Shown piece after piece: positions 37,495-47,215 of a stretch of 64,000 nt of DNA. Under the pieces are notes generated by a model that made no database searches, had not been told where the DNA came from, and saw only the letters and a program-made list of their open reading frames with translations. Origin of the DNA: an uncultured virus (IMG/VR IMGVR_UViG_650716090_000002) (Duplodnaviria; Heunggongvirae; Uroviricota; Caudoviricetes). How positions within the stretch are numbered: the stretch's first letter is position 1; the number at the start of each line of letters is the position of its first letter. Where the stretch lies: the IMG/VR virus record IMGVR_UViG_650716090_000002, one strand, 5' to 3'. Both the position numbers and the translations under genes were made by a program.

Positions 37495-37712
37495 TAACGT
37501 AGTGATAAACGTAGTAAGTTAATTATAGACGACTGAAAAAGCTGATACTAAAGGCTTCAAAGGGAAATTCAAATATTATAACATAATTTTATTTCAGTGT
37601 AATTTCAATTTCCATCATTACTCAAACGGCTTTAAAATAAGCTTTTTATGTAAAAATAGCATCGATTCATTTGCTATCAATTTAAAAACAACGTATTAAT
37701 TAACGTATTAAT
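37495..37712. other. attP-like junction with integrase arm repeats
   Basis: TAACGTAGTGAT-AAACGTAGTAAG and AACGTATTAAT-TAACGTATTAAT flank an AT-rich core. Confidence 0.65.
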
Positions 37713-37771
37713 TTTAGGGGAATGTACGAGTTCAGGAGAACTCTTTTTTTATTTCCATTATAACCGCCATT

Positions 37772-38026
37772 TTAAAAAATGTCCGTTGTAGAGGACATAA
37801 ACACATAAGTATTATCTACAACTTTAAAATCAAACCGATGTCGTTTCCTATCTTTAGACATCTGTGCTTGTAAATAAAAATATGGCTTACCGCTAGAGTG
37901 CATTGTTTTTAATATGTCATCCGTTAAAAATGTCAAAGGCTCTTGCATTAATGAATACTTGTGAAATTCTGTCTCAAACTCTACGTAATTGCGTGAGTAA
38001 TAATCAAAGTCTGGTAATTTATTCAT
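37772..38026 (-). CDS. Lysogenic-conversion-position hypothetical protein (DUF5960-like), probably leaderless
   Basis: PLTFLTDDIL motif; TGCTATAAT 6 nt before ATG. Confidence 0.7.
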   Translation of the reverse strand: MNKLPDFDYYSRNYVEFETEFHKYSLMQEPLTFLTDDILKTMHSSGKPYFYLQAQMSKDRKRHRFDFKVVDNTYVFMSSTTDIF

Positions 38027-38042
38027 GTGTAAATTATAGCAC

Positions 38043-38076
38043 AAAAAAAGGCCCCCACTATTAAGTGAGGGGTTTT
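38043..38076 (-). terminator. Lysin terminator
   Basis: CCCCTCAC-TTAATA-GTGGGGG hairpin followed by a T run on the minus strand. Confidence 0.75.
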
Positions 38077-38077
38077 C

Positions 38078-39367
38078 TTATATCTTATTAAGTTTAAATC
38101 CTTGAATGTATCGGACGTGAGCAGGATATCCTTTACTTACATATTCTGTTTGGATTCCAGTATATTGTTTTTTGATAAAGTCAACTTCTGCTTTATTATT
38201 TACTTTGCTATAAGTTCCACGGTCAAAATTTAGTAATATGTAATCACCTTTTTTATATCCGTTTAAGTCCTCGTCAAAGACTAATAACCTTGCACTAGTT
38301 TGTTCATTGGATGCCACTTTTTTAGTCTCCTTTGTTTGTGGTTTAGGTGTTTCTTTTTTAGTCTCCTTAGGTTGTGGTTTAGTTGCTGTTACAGGTTTCT
38401 TAGTCGTGTCATTGTAATACTGTTTAACTTTTTCAATATACGCTGGTACGTCCATAGCTTGGGGGCATGCAGTTGCATAGACTGACTTGTGAGGTACGAT
38501 AGTTTTATTGCTTGGTACAATTCCTAGGCGCTTACAAATTTCAGCTACTAATTTAGCTCCAGTTTCAATTGTTTGAGCTGAGAAAGTGGAATTTTCTCCA
38601 TTAATTTTATTGTTTACATGTTCTACACCAATGCTATTTTGGTTAGTGGTTGCGCCTGTCCCTCCACAATGCCAAGCAGTGAAATTTTCGCCAACACAAC
38701 CAACAATTTGATTGTCGTGTACGATGTACTGTGCGCTTGCTTCTCTTCCACCTGTCCAAGCATCAACTGCGCTTTGTACTGATAAGCCATATGTGCCATG
38801 CAATACAATATATTTAATAAATTTTATGTCACGTTCTCCCCAACTTCCAAAGATTTCAGAACGTGAACTAGTAATTAAGTTTGAGTAAATATCCCCATTT
38901 ATATTTTTAACTTGCATCTTTCCTCCTTTTTTAACTCTAAATGCTGTTGGATACGTTGCTGAATAAGGCAACATGACAAGATTAAATGCTGAGCCACCAT
39001 TAGGGTGCGTAATCGTAGAGCCTTGGTTTTGACCAAGGAACCATCCATAAACGCCGTCTATGTCACTATCAAAAATAGCGACATGACTAGATGGCGTGAC
39101 GCCTGCAACCTCTTTAAAGACTGCGACATCACCACCTTCCATGGTTTCAACCTCATCAAAATAAGTCAGCATGCCGTTTGTTTTACGTTGCTCCCATAAA
39201 TCCATAGCGTAGCCAGTATGATTAATAGGGTCAGTGTTAATAATCGGAATACCATTTGCCTCGCACAATTCTGCGAAACCGTCCCAGCACTGCCAGCCAA
39301 AAGCTCCTCCGTCATGATCATAACCATTATTTAAAACTCTACTTTTAAAATCAAGGTATGCAACCAT
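38078..39367 (-). CDS. Endolysin (identical to 1-1290)
   Basis: Identical translation. Confidence 0.9.
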   Translation of the reverse strand: MVAYLDFKSRVLNNGYDHDGGAFGWQCWDGFAELCEANGIPIINTDPINHTGYAMDLWEQRKTNGMLTYFDEVETMEGGDVAVFKEVAGVTPSSHVAIFDSDIDGVYGWFLGQNQGSTITHPNGGSAFNLVMLPYSATYPTAFRVKKGGKMQVKNINGDIYSNLITSSRSEIFGSWGERDIKFIKYIVLHGTYGLSVQSAVDAWTGGREASAQYIVHDNQIVGCVGENFTAWHCGGTGATTNQNSIGVEHVNNKINGENSTFSAQTIETGAKLVAEICKRLGIVPSNKTIVPHKSVYATACPQAMDVPAYIEKVKQYYNDTTKKPVTATKPQPKETKKETPKPQTKETKKVASNEQTSARLLVFDEDLNGYKKGDYILLNFDRGTYSKVNNKAEVDFIKKQYTGIQTEYVSKGYPAHVRYIQGFKLNKI

Positions 39368-39370
39368 ACG

Positions 39371-39649
39371 CTACTCCTTTGGTTTTAAATAAGACATAGC
39401 CACTGGACTATCAGATAATCCTTTAGTCGTTGGGTCTGGGATAACATTGATAATATTTACCAAAGTGATACCAACAACATAAGGATTTGAGATAGCTTTT
39501 ACAAGCAATTCTGCAATAGCATTCCAAGTTGTTAAATCTTCAGCCTTAAGACCAAAGTAGGTTAAAATTGGTACAAAAATAGCTAGGATAACCCTAGCTA
39601 GAAACAATTTATTTTCCCTGTTAAAACGTACTTTCCAGTTAATTCTCAT
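39371..39649 (-). CDS. Holin, phiLC3 family
   Basis: Identical to copy 1. Confidence 0.9.
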   Translation of the reverse strand: MRINWKVRFNRENKLFLARVILAIFVPILTYFGLKAEDLTTWNAIAELLVKAISNPYVVGITLVNIINVIPDPTTKGLSDSPVAMSYLKPKE

Positions 39650-39966
39650 CTTTTGTCTACCTTCTCTTTCCATAGTGTTTTTAATTGTTCTTCGTGACTA
39701 ATAAGTTTGTCTTCCGCTACACCAATACGTTCTTCGTGTTTGTCTTGACCAGCTTGCAGCCTGTCTCTATGAGCTTGAGAGTTTGCCCATTTATAATCAT
39801 TATCTTTCAGATCACTGTTAAGTTTATTGATTGCATTTTGAAGTCCGTTCATCGCTACACGGTTGTTTTCGAGTAGTGTTTTAATTGGTGCTGATATGTA
39901 TTTTAAAAACACTAAAACACCAGTGATGGAAATGCACCACTGGCTAAACGTTGTAAAATCGAACAT
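39646..39966 (-). CDS. Lysis-module membrane/coiled-coil protein
   Basis: Identical to copy 1. Confidence 0.7.
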   Translation of the reverse strand: MFDFTTFSQWCISITGVLVFLKYISAPIKTLLENNRVAMNGLQNAINKLNSDLKDNDYKWANSQAHRDRLQAGQDKHEERIGVAEDKLISHEEQLKTLWKEKVDKR

Positions 39967-39970
39967 CTGA

Positions 39971-40099
39971 CTACCCCTCTTTAGTGCCGACGTTGCTTAA
40001 CTCAATAAGCTTTTTTACTTTGTCACGGTGTTTTGCTGGTACTTGTTCAAGTGTAATCCAACCGAGTTCAATTTGCGTTGCAAAATAATTAATTCCCAT
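39971..40099 (-). CDS. Small XkdX-like protein
   Basis: Identical to 1894-2022. Confidence 0.65.
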   Translation of the reverse strand: MGINYFATQIELGWITLEQVPAKHRDKVKKLIELSNVGTKEG

Positions 40100-40144
40100 T
40101 ATATTTCTCCCTTTTTATAAATTCTAGTAATTTTTTCATACTCC

Positions 40145-42766
40145 TTACGTTAAAGCAGTATTAATCGCTTGATAAACTGTTCTTGCAATATACTCTGTTC
40201 CTGTAATGTTAGGATGCAAGTCTGATGCCATTGGTACAGAAGCCTCTGAAATTTGATCAACAATAATATTTTTTGTCAAATAACTTTCTGAACTATTGAA
40301 ATTCAAATTTAATGGTGAAATAAATACATTTGATGTACTTTCAAATTCAAGTAGCATCTCGTTAAATATTTCTACATTATGATTTAATCGTTCAGAGTGG
40401 TTGTAGGTTGTTGAGTATGAACCTAAGAACGTATTATCAGACGTTTGTTTTGGTACAGTACCAAGTAGAATTTTAATATTTGGGTCGTACGCATGTATGC
40501 TATTAATAATATCAGTAACGTATTTTTTACTTTGTGCTAATTCGGTTTTAACAGCATCGACTGTCTTTTGTTGCACATCATTTAATCCTAAGTTGATAAT
40601 AACGATATCAACATTTTGGTTGCTTTGATATGTAGACATATAGTAACTAAAATCAAAGTATTTTGACGATGGGTTGTAAAACTGATTTACAGTTGAAGTT
40701 GACCCACTGTCATCACGATCTGTACGTTTGTAATCAAAAGGTGCAGTAGCATAACTTTTCCATGACCAACCAGCCCAAGTGTCGTCTTTTACACCAGTTT
40801 TGCCTGTATCATGCAAACCTATAAATTTAGCAGTCATACCTGATGCATCCGTCAAGTCACTGATACGCTTAGTAATACCGTATAAATCCATAAAACTATC
40901 ACCAATAGTGACGATTGTAGGGCTACCACTAACTGGTTTGTCTGTTACAGTAAATGCAACATCTTTGCTATCAACAATATCACCAGTATAGGTGTTAATA
41001 ATTGCAAATCGGATGGTAAAACTTTCATTCGTAGTAGGACGATAAAACCACTTACCTGAAATGATATTGCCTTTCAATGCAGATACAACCCCATTGACAA
41101 TTGTTTGCCCAGCTATGTAATAATTACCGTGTCTAAATTCTTGATAGTTTTTTATTGCACCATCAAAGAAAATATCAAATTGCATTCCCTTGTATATATT
41201 GATTTTTGATGGCAATAACAGTTCAGGTTTGTTTGCCGATGATAGAGTTTTTAATTGTGCTAAATCACTTCTACGGATTTTTAACGCTCCAAAAGGTTCA
41301 TAAGCTGTAGCAATCGTCCCTTTTTCGAGTTGGTAGTTAGATACTTTTGTGTTTGGTATTGATAATCTTACATATTGTGCATTTGTAGGGGTTTTAAAAG
41401 TGGTTGCGCTTGCTAAACCTGATATGTATGCTTTGTTAGAGTCATAAAACGCTAACTGCTGATTATCGCTTTTAACATAATCTGTGTCTGGCAAAACTTT
41501 AATATAATCGCTAGCGCTAAACAGACTTTGAGTATATAGCTTACCATCTGGATAATTTATATAAAATCCAGTAAGAGCTTTTTCAACATCAAATAAGTTT
41601 TTAGATGTATCTGTTAATAACAAAGAATTTTCTTCCAATTCTAAAGGTTTAATTTCTTCAATCGCTGCACGTTTAACTTTAATAGTGTAAGGTTCATAAC
41701 CACCAACAACGCTGCCTTTTACTAACATCATTGTATTTATATAATTGCTTTTTACAGTCAATCTAATATATGCTGCATTAGACGGAGATGTAAAAGTAGT
41801 TCCTATTGACAACCCAGAGATAAATACTTTCGAACTATCATAAAATGCTAATTGTTGTCCTGAACCATCATTTTTTGCGTAAGATGTATTAGGTTCAATT
41901 TTAATAAAATCGGAAACGTAAAAGTCTAATTCGGTCGAATATATTTTACCGTCCTGATATGCAACAAAAAAACCATAATTTGCGGTTGCTTTATTAAATA
42001 GATTAACGCCTTTTTCTATGAATAAAGGATGATCAATTAAATTGTCTGGTGTGACCGTTCCATCAATGATATTATCAATACCACTTACGCCATCTTTTCC
42101 GACAACAGCAACAGAGCCTCCTGTTAAAGCTTCTTTAACTTCTTGAGACAGATGACTTAGTTTGATAACATTGTTTTTATTATCAATCTTTGTTAAAATA
42201 TCTTTTTCGTTAGTTGTAATTGCGTCAGCAAAATTAATAAGTCTATCATTTAATGTATTATGTGTGCCTCTTGCTTGGATGATTTCTGCATGGTCAGCCA
42301 ATGCATTTGAGTAGATAGAAGCCATTTTGTTTAGCAAATCAGTTATACTTCCACCTTGTCTATTTAAATCACTTAGAATGCCGTCTATTGTCATATTGAC
42401 GTCATAATTTGGAATTAAGTCTTTAAGGTCGTAAGCAACTGCCCCAGCTTTAATAGAAATTAAACAGCTTCTATCAGATGGGAAGATATAATTGTCGATT
42501 TTAATTTCAAGATAGAAAACTCCAGTTTGTACTGCTTTTTCAATATTGAATGTTACTGATGAATCTGATACTAAAGTTGTTGATTCATAAACGATATGGT
42601 TATCGTCGCAAAGTGTAATTGTTGCAGTCTTACTATTTAACTCGTGGAAATAATTTCCTTGAGCATCTTTAAGTGTGAATGTTAATTTAGAGCCGAAATC
42701 TCCTTGTTTAAGTCTATTTCCGCCCTTTTCTTGATTTAATTGTAATGTATTTTCTGGAAATGTCAT
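40145..42766 (-). CDS. Receptor-binding protein with SGNH hydrolase
   Basis: Identical to copy 1. Confidence 0.8.
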   Translation of the reverse strand: MTFPENTLQLNQEKGGNRLKQGDFGSKLTFTLKDAQGNYFHELNSKTATITLCDDNHIVYESTTLVSDSSVTFNIEKAVQTGVFYLEIKIDNYIFPSDRSCLISIKAGAVAYDLKDLIPNYDVNMTIDGILSDLNRQGGSITDLLNKMASIYSNALADHAEIIQARGTHNTLNDRLINFADAITTNEKDILTKIDNKNNVIKLSHLSQEVKEALTGGSVAVVGKDGVSGIDNIIDGTVTPDNLIDHPLFIEKGVNLFNKATANYGFFVAYQDGKIYSTELDFYVSDFIKIEPNTSYAKNDGSGQQLAFYDSSKVFISGLSIGTTFTSPSNAAYIRLTVKSNYINTMMLVKGSVVGGYEPYTIKVKRAAIEEIKPLELEENSLLLTDTSKNLFDVEKALTGFYINYPDGKLYTQSLFSASDYIKVLPDTDYVKSDNQQLAFYDSNKAYISGLASATTFKTPTNAQYVRLSIPNTKVSNYQLEKGTIATAYEPFGALKIRRSDLAQLKTLSSANKPELLLPSKINIYKGMQFDIFFDGAIKNYQEFRHGNYYIAGQTIVNGVVSALKGNIISGKWFYRPTTNESFTIRFAIINTYTGDIVDSKDVAFTVTDKPVSGSPTIVTIGDSFMDLYGITKRISDLTDASGMTAKFIGLHDTGKTGVKDDTWAGWSWKSYATAPFDYKRTDRDDSGSTSTVNQFYNPSSKYFDFSYYMSTYQSNQNVDIVIINLGLNDVQQKTVDAVKTELAQSKKYVTDIINSIHAYDPNIKILLGTVPKQTSDNTFLGSYSTTYNHSERLNHNVEIFNEMLLEFESTSNVFISPLNLNFNSSESYLTKNIIVDQISEASVPMASDLHPNITGTEYIARTVYQAINTALT

Positions 42767-42777
42767 TTGTACCCCTT

Positions 42778-45729
42778 CTATGCTATTCTTTCCCATTTGT
42801 ATTCGCTTGGATTAGCGCTGTTATCCATAGCTTCCCAAGTCCCCCCCATTATTAATGCAGGGTTGGTATCGAGTGCGCTTGTATAAATAGTGCCTACTGA
42901 ATAAAACGTATCTAATATGCCAGCGTTTCTATCTGTCCATGTATAATCACCGTAATTGGCTGATTGAGTTAGTCCAGTATAAGTTCCCTCATATCTTTTA
43001 TTAGTCGAATTACTGGTGCTAAAACCAGTTGAACCATCAGCACTATCTGACCAAGCTTTCCAAACTGTCAAACCATCCTCGCCGTTAACACCATCAATTA
43101 CATTTACAAATGTGATCTGTTTAGTAGCTACTAATTCACTACCGACAAAGGCATCTACTGTAATAACTAGCGACGGATTAACGTCTGTACCATTAACAGT
43201 ATAACTATCCCCACTGTTAAGCAAAACATCTCCATTTCTGAATTGGTAAGTAGCTTCAATTCGTTGAGTGCCTTTCCACAAATAAGCGAATACCGTTGAT
43301 GTTCCAGTATTGTTTTTAAAAGTTGTTGTCCCAGCATTTAAAACCAAATTGTATGGTTGAACAGATTCCGACAATTCAGCGTAACGGTCAGTCAAATCTT
43401 TACTCAACTTGTTCCGCAATGCTTTATAATTATCAAAAATCGTCTGGTTGCTTGTTGGATTTGTAAAACTTATATGTTGTTCGGATACTCGAGCGGTTAG
43501 CACTAATCCGTTTTGGAAGCCCTCATCAATAACTTTTACAGTATCCCCGATATCTAATTCTTCGGACGAACCTTTCACATCGTAAGAAATCGACGGGTAG
43601 CAGTTTTTTCTTAATTCAGCCAACGAACTTGATATCAATAATTCAACATCTGTTGTTTGTAACTCCACGGACTTTTTAATCCAGTTATCACCGACAACAT
43701 CACCACTAAACGCTGATGGGTAAAGTTCTTTGGATAATGGCGCATATAAGGAACCGTTTTTTACATAAAACTCAACTACACCTTCTTCATTTTTCCACTC
43801 ACGATATAAATCGGTTGGTATACGTGTGATAACTTCTTTAGATTGTGTTTCTGTAATTGTTGATGGTTCATTATTCCCAGTTGACCCAGACGGCGCTGGT
43901 GCGCTCTCTGTGCCATCTACTCGCTTACCGTGTACAATTTCAGGCGGGTAACATAATGTTTGGATAACACCTAAATATTGACTCGCACTATATGTGCGCT
44001 CTTCTACAAATTGGTGGCCTGCGTAGTTTTGTTCTAAGACTGTCAATGTATCGCCTGACAATCCTTTGATAACTACTGTATGCCCCCAGCCACCAGTATA
44101 AACTGGACCGCCTGCATTAGCTCTGATGTTGGCGATTGATCCCGGAATTAAGTGCTTAACTTCAGAAGGTCTAACAACTTTCCAGCCAAACTGCGACCAA
44201 TTGTAGTCCTCACCGATATGTGAGGCGGCAGCACCTGCTCCAATCAATCCTCTAAAACCAGTAACTCCACCGCCAAGACCTGCACCACCTAATTTAAGTG
44301 AGTACAAAGCTGATAAAGCGTAACACTGACCAGATCCAACACGCTGACCTTTAATCGCTCCAAGTTGAGCCAAAGCATTTTTTGTTTTGGTTGCTATTTG
44401 ACTTACTGGTGCAGTACCAACCGTGCCAGCTGTTTTGAATTGGTTGTCGAGCGTATCCATAGCACCATTAGAAGCGCTATTGATACCACCACGAATCGAC
44501 CGCATTAAAGGCGCATAGTGTGCATACCCTGCTGCTGCATAATCGTAAGTCGCTCCACCGACACGAAATAGACCTTTTGTATAAGCGTCAATGTTGTTAG
44601 CACCTTTGACCTTGTAGATGCCCTGTTCTGCTAATAAGTAAGTGTAGTCTTTCATATAGTCGGACACACTTGCAAAATGCATATAATAACCGCCCTCGTT
44701 GGCCGGACGAGCAGTACCTTGAGTAACTTTAATGCCTGACGGCCTAGTCGTTGATCCAGCCCAAGTAAGTCCACCCCAGTTATTATCAGCTCTTGCGACT
44801 GGGGAATTACCCCACCAAGATTCTAAATATAACTGAGAAAATACACCAGATGGTAATAGCTTATGCTGGATACATAGATTTAGTATTTGACCTACTAATT
44901 CTTTGCTGATTGTCCGACCTGCATTTGAGATTGAACCGCCGTTATAGTTAACGGTCCCCAATTGTGGCGCTACATATTTAGGATTCGCTTTAGTTACTTT
45001 GACATCAACAGTTGCTTTCCCTGTTGGTGTGATCATGTTGAAAATGCCAGTTTTGTCTATTTTTCTAGTGACGCCACTAATGTTATAACCGTAATTAAGT
45101 TGGATATCATCACGTTTTTTGCCAACTCCTTGATTCTTGTTGTCATTAGCTTTGTAGATATTCATAACGAACGATTTCAAACTAGAATCTTCATTTAGAA
45201 TAGTTTCGAATTCAATTTCTGCATCAAACATATTAGCAATAGATAACAAACGCTTATGCTTGGTATCTGTTCCAGTCCATTCTAGTGTTCGTTCTCTATC
45301 TTCAATCTCATTATGACCAATCGTAATAGCTCCACCGATAAGTAAGAAAAATTTATTACAATAATCAATAAACGACATTTCTGTCGGCGCTTTATATGGA
45401 CCTGCCATTTCATTTAGCAATTCAAGATTGAGATTTTCGCATTCACATCTTATTGTGTTTTCGTTTTCCTCTGTTTTCATAACGCTAAACAGATAAGTCT
45501 TCTTGTGATATTTAAACGAAACAAAAGACCTTTCAGATAAACTCTGATAGGCCTTTTCTTTTACTGTGTCTGATTTGATACCATTTTTATAAACCGTAAA
45601 TTCAAATGTTGATGATGCAGTATCCAAATAACGTGACCACTTGTCATCATAAAAAGAAAGTGTGTCTTGTAACTCGTTATCAATATATGCAACTTTTTTT
45701 AATTTTGCGTCATGAATAATTAAATCCAA
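42778..45729 (-). CDS. Tail-associated lysin (Tal)
   Basis: Same domains as 4701-7655. Confidence 0.85.
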   Translation of the reverse strand: MDLIIHDAKLKKVAYIDNELQDTLSFYDDKWSRYLDTASSTFEFTVYKNGIKSDTVKEKAYQSLSERSFVSFKYHKKTYLFSVMKTEENENTIRCECENLNLELLNEMAGPYKAPTEMSFIDYCNKFFLLIGGAITIGHNEIEDRERTLEWTGTDTKHKRLLSIANMFDAEIEFETILNEDSSLKSFVMNIYKANDNKNQGVGKKRDDIQLNYGYNISGVTRKIDKTGIFNMITPTGKATVDVKVTKANPKYVAPQLGTVNYNGGSISNAGRTISKELVGQILNLCIQHKLLPSGVFSQLYLESWWGNSPVARADNNWGGLTWAGSTTRPSGIKVTQGTARPANEGGYYMHFASVSDYMKDYTYLLAEQGIYKVKGANNIDAYTKGLFRVGGATYDYAAAGYAHYAPLMRSIRGGINSASNGAMDTLDNQFKTAGTVGTAPVSQIATKTKNALAQLGAIKGQRVGSGQCYALSALYSLKLGGAGLGGGVTGFRGLIGAGAAASHIGEDYNWSQFGWKVVRPSEVKHLIPGSIANIRANAGGPVYTGGWGHTVVIKGLSGDTLTVLEQNYAGHQFVEERTYSASQYLGVIQTLCYPPEIVHGKRVDGTESAPAPSGSTGNNEPSTITETQSKEVITRIPTDLYREWKNEEGVVEFYVKNGSLYAPLSKELYPSAFSGDVVGDNWIKKSVELQTTDVELLISSSLAELRKNCYPSISYDVKGSSEELDIGDTVKVIDEGFQNGLVLTARVSEQHISFTNPTSNQTIFDNYKALRNKLSKDLTDRYAELSESVQPYNLVLNAGTTTFKNNTGTSTVFAYLWKGTQRIEATYQFRNGDVLLNSGDSYTVNGTDVNPSLVITVDAFVGSELVATKQITFVNVIDGVNGEDGLTVWKAWSDSADGSTGFSTSNSTNKRYEGTYTGLTQSANYGDYTWTDRNAGILDTFYSVGTIYTSALDTNPALIMGGTWEAMDNSANPSEYKWERIA

Positions 45730-47214
45730 TTACAACCACCTTTCTTCAAATGCTATGTTAAACGTCGGTTTAAGCTCGTTCCAACTAGATGTATTAATTT
45801 CTAATGTTGATGTTCCGACTGGTATTTTTAACCAATTAGAATAATCAACAACATGATTTAATTTAGCAATGTTATCAACTAAGAACGTTTTATTTTCCCC
45901 ATTAATTGTAATGTTTGAACCAGTTCCATAAGGATTAGGGATGTTATAACCAAATGCAACATTATCTTTACGGTATTTAATGCCATCTACATACATATAC
46001 GTAATCATTGGTTTACTTTGAATATTACCGATAGCGATATGCAACTTAGCTGACTTTTTGCCCTTTAATTCGCTAAATGTTCTTTCAATAAGACTGCCGA
46101 ACCAATAAATATAGACTTTGTCGTCTATTCGTTTAATGTCTGAAAAACCCCTTGATGGATTAAAAGGGTTGTCGTCGTCGTCATTGTTAGGTTTGAATTT
46201 TTTTCTGATATCCGTGAATTTATAACCACCCTGACCGTCAGCGGTCAAAAAGTTGTATTCGGCCTCCATTGAGTTAGAACGCTTAATCGTTTCTACACCA
46301 TACAAAAATTTTCCATCTGAATCCGAAACCATTACTTTGATAAACCCATAAGTATTAGGCGAACCTGTATAAAAAATCTGTCTCCACCAAATATAATCAA
46401 ATAAAGAACCATCTGATGGTAAATCAAAAGTAAGCGAACTTGCGTGTTGTCCGCTTGTAAATGTATTATTTAGTTGTAAATGGTCACGCCCCCACAACGG
46501 ACCGACTGACAAAGTGCCATCTAATGTAGCTGTGTTGTCATTTAAAATTGCCACGTTTTTAGTGCCTTTAGCAAAGCCGTCTTTTATACCAGTTCCGCTA
46601 TCTGTATAGTCAAAAGGTCTTTCTGAAAAACCTCTTGTTTCACTATCGATAATCTCACGATCTCCAATTTCCATAACACCAGTTTGATTGACCAATCCAA
46701 AATATCCATTTTCACTGTTCATTTTCGCAGTTATGACTGGTAAAGCTTCGACATTGCCATTATTATTCAATTCAAAAACGAGCTTCCCGTCTGATTCGGT
46801 ATAACTCGTAACTTTTTTATATGAGATTGAATGAGCAACACCATCAGGGATGAAAAGCTCTATCGAAACAAGACCAAGCCAAGAAATTGGATCACTAGAA
46901 GAAATTCTGTTTATTGGTCTTCCTAGGTAATATTTATCTGGTTCGTCTGAAAATTTAATTTTAACATCGGTATCAACATTAAAAATCCCTGCCAACTTGT
47001 GCTTAAGTTGATTAAGCGAGTAATCACTAGTTCTATCTTTTATATAAAAATCAACTGTGATTGTCTTAGAGGATACTTTATTTTTTTGTACAATAGTACC
47101 GATAAAAAGGGAATTGTTAGTCGTTAATTCAACAGGATTTCCGATATCCCTATTTACAGACATAATATTTATCATGTTTGATAAGTCAACATTGTTAAAC
47201 GTCATTTGAACCAT
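45730..47214 (-). CDS. Distal tail protein (Dit)
   Basis: FSDEPDKYY...FIPDGVAHS...FEERWL. Confidence 0.85.
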   Translation of the reverse strand: MVQMTFNNVDLSNMINIMSVNRDIGNPVELTTNNSLFIGTIVQKNKVSSKTITVDFYIKDRTSDYSLNQLKHKLAGIFNVDTDVKIKFSDEPDKYYLGRPINRISSSDPISWLGLVSIELFIPDGVAHSISYKKVTSYTESDGKLVFELNNNGNVEALPVITAKMNSENGYFGLVNQTGVMEIGDREIIDSETRGFSERPFDYTDSGTGIKDGFAKGTKNVAILNDNTATLDGTLSVGPLWGRDHLQLNNTFTSGQHASSLTFDLPSDGSLFDYIWWRQIFYTGSPNTYGFIKVMVSDSDGKFLYGVETIKRSNSMEAEYNFLTADGQGGYKFTDIRKKFKPNNDDDDNPFNPSRGFSDIKRIDDKVYIYWFGSLIERTFSELKGKKSAKLHIAIGNIQSKPMITYMYVDGIKYRKDNVAFGYNIPNPYGTGSNITINGENKTFLVDNIAKLNHVVDYSNWLKIPVGTSTLEINTSSWNELKPTFNIAFEERWL

Positions 47215-47215
47215 T

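Larger units (their letters stand above)
1..37580 (-). mobile_element. Prophage 1, temperate siphovirus of Streptococcus type (essentially complete)
   Basis: Full module order lysin-holin-tail-head-terminase-late regulator-replication-lysogeny-integrase. The right boundary is approximate (att core). Confidence 0.95.
38078..43223 (+). repeat. Long direct repeat copy 2
   Basis: Matches 1-5146. Confidence 0.9.
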
